64,000 bases of DNA from an uncultured Candidatus Saccharibacteria bacterium (GTDB taxonomy: Bacteria; Patescibacteriota; Doudnabacteria; UBA920). The notes under the pieces are model-generated. The model saw only the letters and a program-made list of their open reading frames with translations, was not told where the DNA came from and made no database searches. Both the position numbers and the translations under genes were made by a program. Within the stretch, counting starts at the first letter, position 1. Each line of letters starts with the position of its first letter. Location: positions 5,724 through 69,723 of the forward strand of contig CAYODY010000001.1 of the NCBI GenBank assembly GCA_964402965.1. Direction: 5' to 3'. Below are positions 28,459-38,000 of the stretch, piece after piece.

Positions 28459-30231
28459 ATGACAAAAACACTTTATTTAAATTTAGAAGATGATGTAGCC
28501 AAAATTGCTGCTAAGTTAAAGCGTGAAAAAGGTGCAGATGTAGTATTGGTAATTCCAAAGGGTAGTTACATTTTTTCAGACAGCATAAACATGCGACTAC
28601 TTAAAAAACAGGTAGACATGTTGGCAAAAAATGTTTCTATTTTAACTATGGATGAAAAAGGTCAGAACTTTGCTCAAGAAGCTGGCTTTGCTTTAAAACA
28701 TTTGCCAAAAACAAATCGTTCTCAAAGCTTTTCAGATATTCGTTTCCGTTCATCACCTGTACCAGAAACAATTGCCGTATCTGAAACTCCAAGTTATATA
28801 GCAGATGATTTCGTAGAACATGCAGTTCCTACAAAGCCTACTAATAGAACAAGATCTATTGAACCAGAAAAAATAGCTACACCGCGTCCTAAGAAGCCAG
28901 CAAGTAAAAAAGTTATTGAGTTTACTGGAAAGACAAAAGCGCCGCATATTAAAACAGGTTCAGGAAATTTTGCACAACAAACTTTTAAATCCCACACTCC
29001 TTTAAGTTCAATTTTTGAAGAAGAAAAAGTTGAAAGCAAAGACAATATTTTTCTACCTCCAAATTCAAAGTTAATGGATGCCCCGCGTCCTCGTCGTTCT
29101 TACAGAGGATTTGTTATTGGATTTGTCGCGACTGCATTAATAGTAGTATTACTACTCGTATTGGTAATTTTACCAAGCGCCAATATTACTGTATTTGCTA
29201 AATCACAAACAGTTGCGCGAGACATAGACGTAATTGCAGATACAAAAATTCAAACTCCAGACTCTCAGAAACTAACAGTTCCTGCGACAGCAGTTCAAGA
29301 AAGCCAAACAATTGCAGGTACTTTTCAAACAAATGGAAAAAAAGAACTGGGTAGTAAAGCTGAGGGGCGTGTGGCTTTGTACAATTTAACAGGTAGTCCA
29401 CTCGCTTTAAAAGCATCGACTACAACTTTAACCATTGGAAGTAAGTCATACACATTCAAATCTGATCAGATGAATGTTAAAGCTCTTACAAGTCCTTCGG
29501 CAGACACAAACGCAACTCTTGCAGACATCGTTGCGTCCGATGGGGGAGAAAGTTTTAATGTTCCTGCTGGAACAAGAATGGAAATAACTAACGTTGCATT
29601 TGGAAGCAAGCCCCAAAAACTTTACGCAAAAACTGTCACGCAAGTAATTGGTGGTAATTCACGTTTCGTTTCTTCTATCTCTAAAGATGATTTAACTAAC
29701 GCACAAAATTCATTAATCAAAAAAGTTGTAGATGGAATTAATGCAAATTTGGCAAGCGCGAATGTAAAACTTGTAGATGGAGCGTACGATATTGGAACAC
29801 CTACTTTCACAACAGATAAACCAGAAGGAACAGAAACACAAAGTTTTACTGCTCAGCTTCAAGTGACAATCACTGGGTTAGCTTTTGATGAAACTGCTTT
29901 GAAAAATATGGTTCGCAGTCGTTTGTTATTTTCTTTAGGGGCAGAGAAAACCCTGCAAGACTTAGAAAAAGATACTGTAATCTATCAGATTAAGAATTTA
30001 GACCCAACTAATGGTGTGATGCAACTCGCGTTACACTATGAATCTCAATCTAAACCAAATATTGAAGAGTCTATTTTGAAAAATAAATTGGCAGGGAAGT
30101 CCAAGCAGGAAGCTTCTGAGTTAATTCTTTCTAATCCAGATGTAGATCATGTGGAAATGGTAGTGCAACCTAGCTGGGCGACCTCTTTACCAAGATTCAC
30201 CGGTAAAATCCACTTAGAAGTCAAAGAATAG
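28459..30231 (+). CDS. Bitopic membrane protein (cytoplasmic N-domain, linker, TM, baseplate-J-like extracellular region)
   Basis: LEDD...LVIPKG N-domain; TM at about aa 219-240; YN..G, GGESFNV and GG..R motifs in the ectodomain. Confidence 0.7.
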   Translation: MTKTLYLNLEDDVAKIAAKLKREKGADVVLVIPKGSYIFSDSINMRLLKKQVDMLAKNVSILTMDEKGQNFAQEAGFALKHLPKTNRSQSFSDIRFRSSPVPETIAVSETPSYIADDFVEHAVPTKPTNRTRSIEPEKIATPRPKKPASKKVIEFTGKTKAPHIKTGSGNFAQQTFKSHTPLSSIFEEEKVESKDNIFLPPNSKLMDAPRPRRSYRGFVIGFVATALIVVLLLVLVILPSANITVFAKSQTVARDIDVIADTKIQTPDSQKLTVPATAVQESQTIAGTFQTNGKKELGSKAEGRVALYNLTGSPLALKASTTTLTIGSKSYTFKSDQMNVKALTSPSADTNATLADIVASDGGESFNVPAGTRMEITNVAFGSKPQKLYAKTVTQVIGGNSRFVSSISKDDLTNAQNSLIKKVVDGINANLASANVKLVDGAYDIGTPTFTTDKPEGTETQSFTAQLQVTITGLAFDETALKNMVRSRLLFSLGAEKTLQDLEKDTVIYQIKNLDPTNGVMQLALHYESQSKPNIEESILKNKLAGKSKQEASELILSNPDVDHVEMVVQPSWATSLPRFTGKIHLEVKE

Positions 30232-30251
30232 TCGAAAACTGGTCTAAATAG

Positions 30252-30280
30252 TTGACAATATCTTCAAAACCCTTTAAAAT
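30252..30280 (+). promoter_or_regulatory. Sigma70 promoter of the infA/alpha operon
   Basis: TTGACA-17 bp-TAAAAT. Confidence 0.8.
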
Positions 30281-30328
30281 TAGTCCTGTAAGTCAAATAA
30301 GTTAATTTCCTAAGGAAAAACCAATAAT

Positions 30329-30556
30329 TTGGGCAACGAAGCAGAAAAACAGACAATTGAACTAGAAGGTAAAGTCATTGAAAGCTTACCAAACGCAGTT
30401 TTTCGTGTTCAATTAGATGCAGGTCAAATTATTCTTGGTCACCTAGCCGGAAAGATGAGAATTCACAGAATTCGCGTACTCCCAGGTGACAAAGTCCTTC
30501 TAGAAGTAACTCCATACGATTTATCCAAAGGACGTATTATTCGCAGACTACGCTAG
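30329..30556 (+). CDS. infA: Translation initiation factor IF-1
   Basis: IELEGKV.E.LPNA.F...GKMR...I..LPGD.V..E.TPYDL.KGRI motif; TTG start. Confidence 0.97.
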   Translation: MGNEAEKQTIELEGKVIESLPNAVFRVQLDAGQIILGHLAGKMRIHRIRVLPGDKVLLEVTPYDLSKGRIIRRLR

Positions 30557-30682
30557 TAGTTCTAAAATACAACCTTTCGTTAATATATTTATCAATATTT
30601 AGCGGCCTCTAAAGCTGCGGAAGCAATTACTAAACCTGCTTCCTGAATTGTAGCCTTAAAGGCTTGCAAGGATTTCTAAAGA

Positions 30683-30796
30683 ATGAAAGTTCGAGCAAGT
30701 GTAAAACCTATGTGTAAGAAGTGCAAAATCGTAAAACGATTCGGTCGTGTTTACGTTATTTGCGAAACACCGAAACATAAGCAACGTCAAGGATAA
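30683..30796 (+). CDS. rpmJ: 50S ribosomal protein L36 (absent from the ORF track)
   Basis: Hand translation [37 protein letters not shown]. Confidence 0.98.
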   Translation: MKVRASVKPMCKKCKIVKRFGRVYVICETPKHKQRQG

Positions 30797-30834
30797 CCTT
30801 GCTGTTTTTTATTTTATTAATTAACTACTAAAGT

Positions 30835-31224
30835 ATGGCTCGTATCGCCGGAGTAAACATTCCAAACGAAAAAAGAATAGAAGCATCCCTCCAATATGTT
30901 TATGGAGTTGGATTAACGATCGCTAAGCGTGCTTTGAAAGAAACTGGTGTAAATCCAGATATCCGCACAAAGGATCTTTCAGAAGCAGATTTAAACAAAC
31001 TACGTGATTTTCTTGAACAACACGTGAAAACTGAAGGTAACCTTCGTCAAGAAGTTCTTCTAAACATCAAACGTTTAAAAGAAATCGGTTCTTACCGAGG
31101 TATGCGCCACAGTCGATCTCTTCCTGTTCGTGGTCAACGTACAAAGACCAACTCTCGTACCCGTCATGGCAACGTTCGTAGAACTGCTGGTAGCGGACGC
31201 AAGAAATCATCAGATAAGACCTAA
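30835..31224 (+). CDS. rpsM: 30S ribosomal protein S13
   Basis: [10 protein letters not shown] and [11 protein letters not shown] motifs. Confidence 0.98.
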   Translation: MARIAGVNIPNEKRIEASLQYVYGVGLTIAKRALKETGVNPDIRTKDLSEADLNKLRDFLEQHVKTEGNLRQEVLLNIKRLKEIGSYRGMRHSRSLPVRGQRTKTNSRTRHGNVRRTAGSGRKKSSDKT

Positions 31225-31235
31225 ACTATAGAACT

Positions 31236-31736
31236 ATGTTAAAAGACGAAGAAACAATTGAATCAACTGCTAGCGACTCAGGAGCAAGTGCAGCAGAAAT
31301 AGTTGCAGCGGAAGTTGCAGCAGCTTCTGCAGCATCAGCAAGTCCTTCAGCTAAGATTAAAGGAAGCAAGAAGAAGCGTTCAAAGATTAAAATTCCAAAA
31401 GGAAAAATCTTTATCAATTCTACTTACAATAACACTATCATTGCCGCAACAGATCCATTAGGAAATGTATTCGCATGGGGTAGTGCAGGATTAGCTGGAT
31501 TTAAAGGATCTAAGAAGTCTACTCCTTACGCTGGTGGAAAGACTATGGAAGATTTGCTTGCTCGTATTAAAGACCGCGGATTAACTGAAGTAGAAATTTT
31601 CATCAAAGGTATTGGTACCGGTAGAGAATCTGCTATTCGTGCTCTACAAGCATCCGGTTTGAACGTTTTGACTATTAAGGACCGCACTCCTAGCCCACAC
31701 GGTGGTGTTCGACCAAAGAAGGTGCGCCGCGTTTAG
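31236..31736 (+). CDS. rpsK: 30S ribosomal protein S11 with N-terminal extension
   Basis: STYNNTII, GFKGSKKSTPYA and D.TP.PHGG.RP motifs. Confidence 0.97.
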   Translation: MLKDEETIESTASDSGASAAEIVAAEVAAASAASASPSAKIKGSKKKRSKIKIPKGKIFINSTYNNTIIAATDPLGNVFAWGSAGLAGFKGSKKSTPYAGGKTMEDLLARIKDRGLTEVEIFIKGIGTGRESAIRALQASGLNVLTIKDRTPSPHGGVRPKKVRRV

Positions 31737-31749
31737 GCAATAATATTAT

Positions 31750-32358
31750 ATGAGATATACAGGACCAAAAGTTAAAAAAGCTCGCCGTCTAGGCATGGCC
31801 TTTACGGAAAAAGATGCTCGAATTATGGCACGCCGTCCAACCCCTCCAGGGCAACACGGTGCAAGTCGTGCTCGCGTTTCAGAATACGGATTGCAGTTGC
31901 GTGAAAAGCAGAAGGCAAAAATCAACTACGGTGTAGCTGAAAAACAATTCTTACGCTATTTCGATAAAGCTTTGAATCGCCCAGGTGTTACCGGTGATTA
32001 CTTGCTAGAAATGCTAGAACTTCGCTTAGACAATGTAGTATTCCGTTTAGGATTTGCAGAAACTCGCGCTCAAGCTCGCCAATTAGTAAACCACGGTTTC
32101 TTTGAGGTTAATGGCAAGCGCGTAGACATCCCTTCTTACTCTACAAAACCAGGGGATACAATCGCAGTACGAGAAAACAAGAAGAAGAGCAAATACATGG
32201 AAGTTCGAAAAGAAAAGCTAAAATCAGTGAAGACCCAAGAATGGGTTGAACTGCAACCAGCAACTCTTTCCGGTAAAGTACTTTCTGTACCAACTCCAGA
32301 CCAAATCGGTAACGTAATTAACACTCAGTTAATCGTTGAACATTACAGCCGTATTTAA
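31750..32358 (+). CDS. rpsD: 30S ribosomal protein S4
   Basis: RYTGP, PGQHG, QLREKQK, LELRLDNVVFRLG and IVEHYSR motifs. Confidence 0.98.
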   Translation: MRYTGPKVKKARRLGMAFTEKDARIMARRPTPPGQHGASRARVSEYGLQLREKQKAKINYGVAEKQFLRYFDKALNRPGVTGDYLLEMLELRLDNVVFRLGFAETRAQARQLVNHGFFEVNGKRVDIPSYSTKPGDTIAVRENKKKSKYMEVRKEKLKSVKTQEWVELQPATLSGKVLSVPTPDQIGNVINTQLIVEHYSRI

Positions 32359-32464
32359 TCTATCAATTAATTAATTATTAAATAATTAACGCTTCTCGAG
32401 GATCGCAACCACAAGATTATTGGACGTTTGAGAAAAACGAGCCAGAAAGAAGCAAAAGGATCTT

Positions 32465-33433
32465 ATGGAACAAATTCCATTACCACATCAAGCCCGAACT
32501 GAACATTTGGGCGGCAACTCATACGAAGTAACCTTGGAACCATTGTACCCAGGTTATGGAGTAACAATTGGCAACGCGATGCGTCGTGTTTTGCTATCTT
32601 CAATGCCTGGTGCTGCAGTAACCGCGGTCAAAATTAAGTATGCTGACCACGAATTTTCTACTGTACCGCATGTAAAAGAAGATGTAATTCAAATTATTTT
32701 GAATTTAAAACAACTTCGTTTACGAAGCTTCTCTCGCGATGCAGTTCGCTTAACACTAAAAGCTAAAGGCGAAGGTGTTGTAACTGCAGGAATGATAGAA
32801 GAAACTGACCAAGTAGAAGTTACAAACAAAGATTTGTACATTTGTACTTTGGACAGCAAGAATGCAGACTTTGAGATGGAACTAATTGTTGAACAAGGTC
32901 GTGGTTATGTACCAGTTGAAGCTCGTGATTCTAGCTCAAAACTAGAAATTGGTATGCTTGCAATTGATGCAATCTACACACCTGTTCGTTCTGTATACTT
33001 TGATGTTTCAAACGTACGTGTTGGTGGAATGACTAACTTTGACAAACTTGTTCTAAAGATGGAAACAGATGGAACAATTACTGGTCAAGAAGCAACAGAT
33101 ATTGCATCTCACATTTTAGTTGATCACTTCTCAATGCTATTTAACAACGAAGGTGCTGCTCGTATTGAAATGATGGCTCCAAATCTTGTTGAAGAAGAAG
33201 CATCAGGAAGCGAAGCTTCTATGGATGAAACACCGGTTGAAGTTCCAGTAAATACAGGTACAAGCTTGGATGAATTAAATCTTTCTAATCGCGCTAAAAA
33301 CGCACTTTCTAAAGCTGGGATTTCTAGCGTAGAAGCTTTGCAAGGTCTAACAAACGATGAAATCACCAATACTGGTGGACTCGGTGAAAAGACTATTGCA
33401 GAAATATTAGAAGTATTAGGACGCAATCAGTAA
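32465..33433 (+). CDS. rpoA: DNA-directed RNA polymerase subunit alpha
   Basis: EPLYPGYGVTIGNAMRRVLLSS, HEFST and GRGYVP motifs; HhH-like CTD. Confidence 0.98.
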   Translation: MEQIPLPHQARTEHLGGNSYEVTLEPLYPGYGVTIGNAMRRVLLSSMPGAAVTAVKIKYADHEFSTVPHVKEDVIQIILNLKQLRLRSFSRDAVRLTLKAKGEGVVTAGMIEETDQVEVTNKDLYICTLDSKNADFEMELIVEQGRGYVPVEARDSSSKLEIGMLAIDAIYTPVRSVYFDVSNVRVGGMTNFDKLVLKMETDGTITGQEATDIASHILVDHFSMLFNNEGAARIEMMAPNLVEEEASGSEASMDETPVEVPVNTGTSLDELNLSNRAKNALSKAGISSVEALQGLTNDEITNTGGLGEKTIAEILEVLGRNQ

Positions 33434-33451
33434 TAATTTTTAACCACAGAT

Positions 33452-33796
33452 ATGAGACATTTAAACAAGAAAAAATTTGGAAAAGGACCTGACCATCGTC
33501 GCAAACTTTTGCGCACTTTGGCTAGTTCAGCAATTCTTTATGAAAGAATTGAAACTGGCTATGCCAATGCTCGTGCTGTTAAGCCTTACATTGAAAGACT
33601 TATCACTCGTGCAAAAGTAGATTCTCTAGCGAATCGACGTCATCTTCTATCTAAGTTAACCCGCAATGCTGCTTACAAAACTTTAGAAGTTTACGGTCCA
33701 AAGTATGCTTCTCGTAACGGTGGTTATATGCGTCTAATTAAATTAAACGATCCCAAAGCCGGCGCCTCAAAAGTCGTATTGGAATTTGTAGAATAA
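33452..33796 (+). CDS. rplQ: 50S ribosomal protein L17
   Basis: MRH...HR..L and RNGGY.R motifs; position after rpoA. Confidence 0.95.
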   Translation: MRHLNKKKFGKGPDHRRKLLRTLASSAILYERIETGYANARAVKPYIERLITRAKVDSLANRRHLLSKLTRNAAYKTLEVYGPKYASRNGGYMRLIKLNDPKAGASKVVLEFVE

Positions 33797-33801
33797 GATA
33801 T

Positions 33802-34260
33802 ATGGCAAAAGTAATTAAAGGACAAAAGAGTACATTACCTACAGCAGTCGCTCGTAAGTGGCATGAAATTGACGCTTCTAGTGATTCTATGGGCCGAGTA
33901 GCAACTAAAATTGCTAATCTTCTTCGTGGTAAACATAAGCGTGATTTCATTCCTCACATGGACATGGGTGATTTTGTGGTAGTTACAAACATCGATAAAA
34001 TGAAGTTCACTGGCCGTAAGATTGAACAAAAGAAATACTACCATCACTCAGGATACTTGGGTGGTTTGAAGACAAAGACATTGAAAGATGAAATTGTTCG
34101 TAGCCCAGAAACTGTCTTACGTAAAGCTGTATTTTCTATGATTGATGACATTAAGTTCCGCAAGACTTTACTATCTCGTTTGAAAATTGCTAAAAACAAT
34201 GAACACTCATACAAGATAGATAAGCCAAAGGCTAAGCCTGTGAACAAGGAAGCAAAATAA
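33802..34260 (+). CDS. rplM: 50S ribosomal protein L13
   Basis: W..IDA, GR.AT.IA..LRGKHK, D.GD.VVV.N and YHHSGY.GG motifs. Confidence 0.97.
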   Translation: MAKVIKGQKSTLPTAVARKWHEIDASSDSMGRVATKIANLLRGKHKRDFIPHMDMGDFVVVTNIDKMKFTGRKIEQKKYYHHSGYLGGLKTKTLKDEIVRSPETVLRKAVFSMIDDIKFRKTLLSRLKIAKNNEHSYKIDKPKAKPVNKEAK

Positions 34261-34262
34261 TT

Positions 34263-34841
34263 ATGGATAAAGAAACTACAACAAAGAAAGCGGCTGTGAA
34301 AAAGCCAACTACTGCTAAGACTGCTGCTGCAAAGAAACCGGCTGCAAAGAAGCCTGTTGCAGAAAAAGCTCCTGTAGCTGTGAAATCTCCAATTGCTGAA
34401 GCAGTGGTAGATACACAAGACGCTATTAAATACGAAAAGCCAACCTTAGCTAAGGGTCGCTACGTATTTGCAACTGGTCGTCGTAAGACTGCTGTGGCGA
34501 ATGTTCGTCTTTTTGCAGGAACAGATGATAGCATGGTAAACAAGAAGAAATTGGATGTATTCTTTAACCAAAAGTCTATGCAAGATACATCAGTTCGTCC
34601 TTTGGCTCTTACTGGATTGCTTGGAGATTTTTACTTCATGGCTAATGTCCGCGGTGGCGGAAGCAATGCACAATCCGAAGCTATTCGTCATGGTATTGCC
34701 CAAGCTTTGGCATCTATGAACGATGAAATGAAGCTTGTGATGAAGAAAAACGGCTTTATGACCCGCGATGACCGTAAGAAAGAACGTAAGAAACCAGGTT
34801 TGCGTCGTGCGCGTCGTGCTCCACAGTGGGCGAAGCGTTAA
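34263..34841 (+). CDS. rpsI: 30S ribosomal protein S9 with Lys/Ala/Pro-rich N-terminal extension
   Basis: TGRRKTAVA, GGG..AQ.EAIRHGIA and TRD.R.KERKKPG motifs. Confidence 0.97.
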   Translation: MDKETTTKKAAVKKPTTAKTAAAKKPAAKKPVAEKAPVAVKSPIAEAVVDTQDAIKYEKPTLAKGRYVFATGRRKTAVANVRLFAGTDDSMVNKKKLDVFFNQKSMQDTSVRPLALTGLLGDFYFMANVRGGGSNAQSEAIRHGIAQALASMNDEMKLVMKKNGFMTRDDRKKERKKPGLRRARRAPQWAKR

Positions 34842-34866
34842 TCCTCAACGATTACTATATACAAAC

Positions 34867-34894
34867 AAAACTCCCTCGATTGAGGGAGTTTTTA
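34867..34894 (+). terminator. Terminator of the ribosomal protein cluster
   Basis: AAAACTCCCTC-GATT-GAGGGAGTTTTT. Confidence 0.85.
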
Positions 34895-34963
34895 GTTTAA
34901 GAGGTGATTTATTTGTCCAAATCCAGTCTCAAACTTTCCTCTTAGTTCATGGTAATTAAAAAC

Positions 34964-34992
34964 TTGATTTTTTATTTAATTAGGACTATACT
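34964..34992 (+). promoter_or_regulatory. Sigma70-type promoter of the large surface protein
   Basis: TTGATT-17 bp-TATACT. Confidence 0.6.
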
Positions 34993-35052
34993 ATGGTTAC
35001 TAAATTTATTAAATAATCGCTTATTTAAGGTAAGTGTTTCTAATCAAATAAT

Positions 35053-38000
35053 ATGAAATATATGAACAATTACGAATCTAGTCCGCGTTCAGTTTCAAGT
35101 TATGGCACTCAAGCAAAGCCGTCTTTTCGAGACTTGGCGCTTAAGAGTGCTGTTTTTGTAACTGCATTTTCGATGGTCTTTTCAGTTTTCATGCCAATAG
35201 CAAAAACTGCACAAGCCAACCATGATCCATTCAATGGTCAGGTATTTGTTAAAGAAAATAAAAACCATAAGGTAGATATTTGTCACGCTCCAGAAGGTCA
35301 AGGTGGAGCAAAATATAATCAGCAAAATGTGAGTATTGATTCAATTGTAAAAAACAATGGACATGACTCTCATTCTTCAGATGTAATCCCACCATTTCAC
35401 TACAAAGAAAAAAATAACTCTCAAAATGTAATTTCTTATAGTGGCAAAAATTGGAATTCATTAAACGAAGCTATTTGGAATGCAGATTGTAAAGTAGCAA
35501 AGTTAACTCTACTTAAAAAAGTTCAGGGTGGAGACGCTCTAGCTACTAGCTGGACTCTAAACGCTGATGGACCAGTAGATTTATCTGGTGCAACAGGCAC
35601 AAGCGCTGTTTCAAATAAAACAGTTCCTGCTGCTCAATACACTCTTTCAGAAACTGGCCCATCTGGATACTCAGCATCAAATTGGGAATGTGTTAACAAA
35701 TCTACTCAACCGGTTGCTGTAACTGGAGGAAATATTGTTACTTTAACAGATAGTTCCGAAGTAACATGTACAATTACTAATACTTTTATTGATGTGGAAA
35801 TCGATCCATGTCTTTTAGATAACATTGTAAATGAAGATTGTAACCCAGATCCATGTGATGAGTTAACTAAGAATTTGCTCACAAATCAGGTAATGGATTG
35901 TAATCCATGTGATTTAGAATCTGCAGTAAATAACCCAGATTGTAACCCAGATCCTTGTGATCCTAATATCGTCGCATCAAAGCATGATTCAGAATCAAAT
36001 AATGAAAATGATAATTGTCCAAAGCCAAAAAAGCGCTATTTAGTTATTAAAAAAGTTTGGCAAGGTTTTGAAGGTGAAGCAGGTCCTTCTAATAAAGGTG
36101 AAATTCAGGTTAATGTAAACTCAGACCTAGATGAAGAAGAATGTGATTACGACAAAAAAGGGGAGTTTTCTTGTAAAATCCGTTTCACCGAAGGCACAAC
36201 TGTTTCTATTGATGAAGAAAATATTCCAGCTGGATGGACAGTAGATCAGTCAACAGTAGGCGACATAGTTCCAAATTGTGATGAAGATTCCGAAGATGAT
36301 AATGTTGGGCCTTTCAAACTATTTGGCAAAAAAGACGACAAGGGTGATGAAGATGATAAAGATGATAAAGATGATAAGGATTGTACACATACAATCGTAA
36401 ATGTTTACAAACCAGCGGAACCTTGTGGAACAGAATTAGTAGCGAACGGAAATTTTGAACTTCCAGAAGTTAAGGATGGTGCTAATTGGGAAGTTTTCCC
36501 ATCAGGTACTCCAGGAATGGGTTGGTCTGTTAATTGGGTTCGCGAAAGCAAAGACTCTCCAGTTCCAGCTAATATGGAATTGCATGAAGGCGTAAATGGA
36601 TGGCTAGCACATAGCAGTAACCAATACGCTGAATTGGATTCAGACTGGGGAGGTCCTTCTAGTAATCAAAATGGCGAAGATGCATCTGTTGTTATGTACC
36701 AAGATTTAATTACTGTACCAGGCGGAACATACACAGTTAGCTTATGGACATCTCCACGTCCAGGCCAAGGCAATGCTCAAAACAAGACTGAAGTCAAAAT
36801 GGGTTCTACATTGCTAGATACTATTATTGAAGATGGGTCTTCAAACAGCAATACTGTTTGGACTAAGCACACTTACAGTTTTGTAGCAGAAGAATCAATG
36901 ACCCGTTTAAGCATTACAGACTTAGGTGTTGGTAATACTCTAGGTGGTTTTGTAGATGATGTTTCTGTAAAACAAGATTGTCTTTCAAACGTTACAATCT
37001 GTAAATATGATAATACTGAAACTCCACTATCTAACTGGAATGTATTATTAAAGGGCGATTTGTTAGAAACAGTTACTGTAAATTCTAATAGTTCAACTGG
37101 GGCTAACTCTGTAAACGCACTGGAATCAGGCCAAGATTATTTGGTTGAAGTTTCAGGGACATGGCAAAATCGTACATTCGAAACTGTAGATGCAAGTTAC
37201 ACAACTCCAGACAGCTGGTCCACAGTACTTCCTGCCCCTCAAGGTGGTTACCCGGATGACTTGTTGGAAACTCAAATAAATGGAAATTTTGTAAATTGGG
37301 GTCCTTACTCAAGCGGTCATAAATATCAGCTAACAATGGCTGGTAATGGAAGTACAGCAAATTTCAGAGTATTCGATGGTGATGCAAATACTAATACTCA
37401 ATTCCCAGATTGGTTCGGAGATAATATTGGATCTTTAACAGTTAAGATTTACCCTGTATACCAAGGAATCACTGGTGTTAGTGGTTGTGTAACTTTAGAA
37501 AATGTTCCGTACAACAGCTATAAGCTTGATGAAATAATGCAAGCAGGTTGGGAAAACCAATCCGGTCAAAACACAACTTCTGTTGTAGATTCATCTACTG
37601 AAACATTTAATCTAGTAAACAAATGTACTGGTGAAGAATGTCGTCAAACAAAACCACAACTACACTTAATTAAAGTAGTGTGTGATGATTTCTCTGACAT
37701 TCAAGGAAACTATAGTGCAGATGAATATGATGATACTAATGGTAACTATGTTCACTTCAACAATTACCCAGAATTTAATAACGTTGTAAAACCTGTTAAC
37801 CCAGAAGAAATCCCAAGTTCCGAATCTGGTTGTGAAACAAGATCTGGTTGGAGCTTTACTCTTTCTTCTGATCAAAACCAAGATCAGGATGTACAAACAG
37901 TGACTACTGGTGAATCAGGAGAATATGTTGGCGATCTACCAGAAAGCGGAGTTCTATGGGTTAGCGAAGTAATGCAAAAAGGTTACGACTTTGGTGCCAT

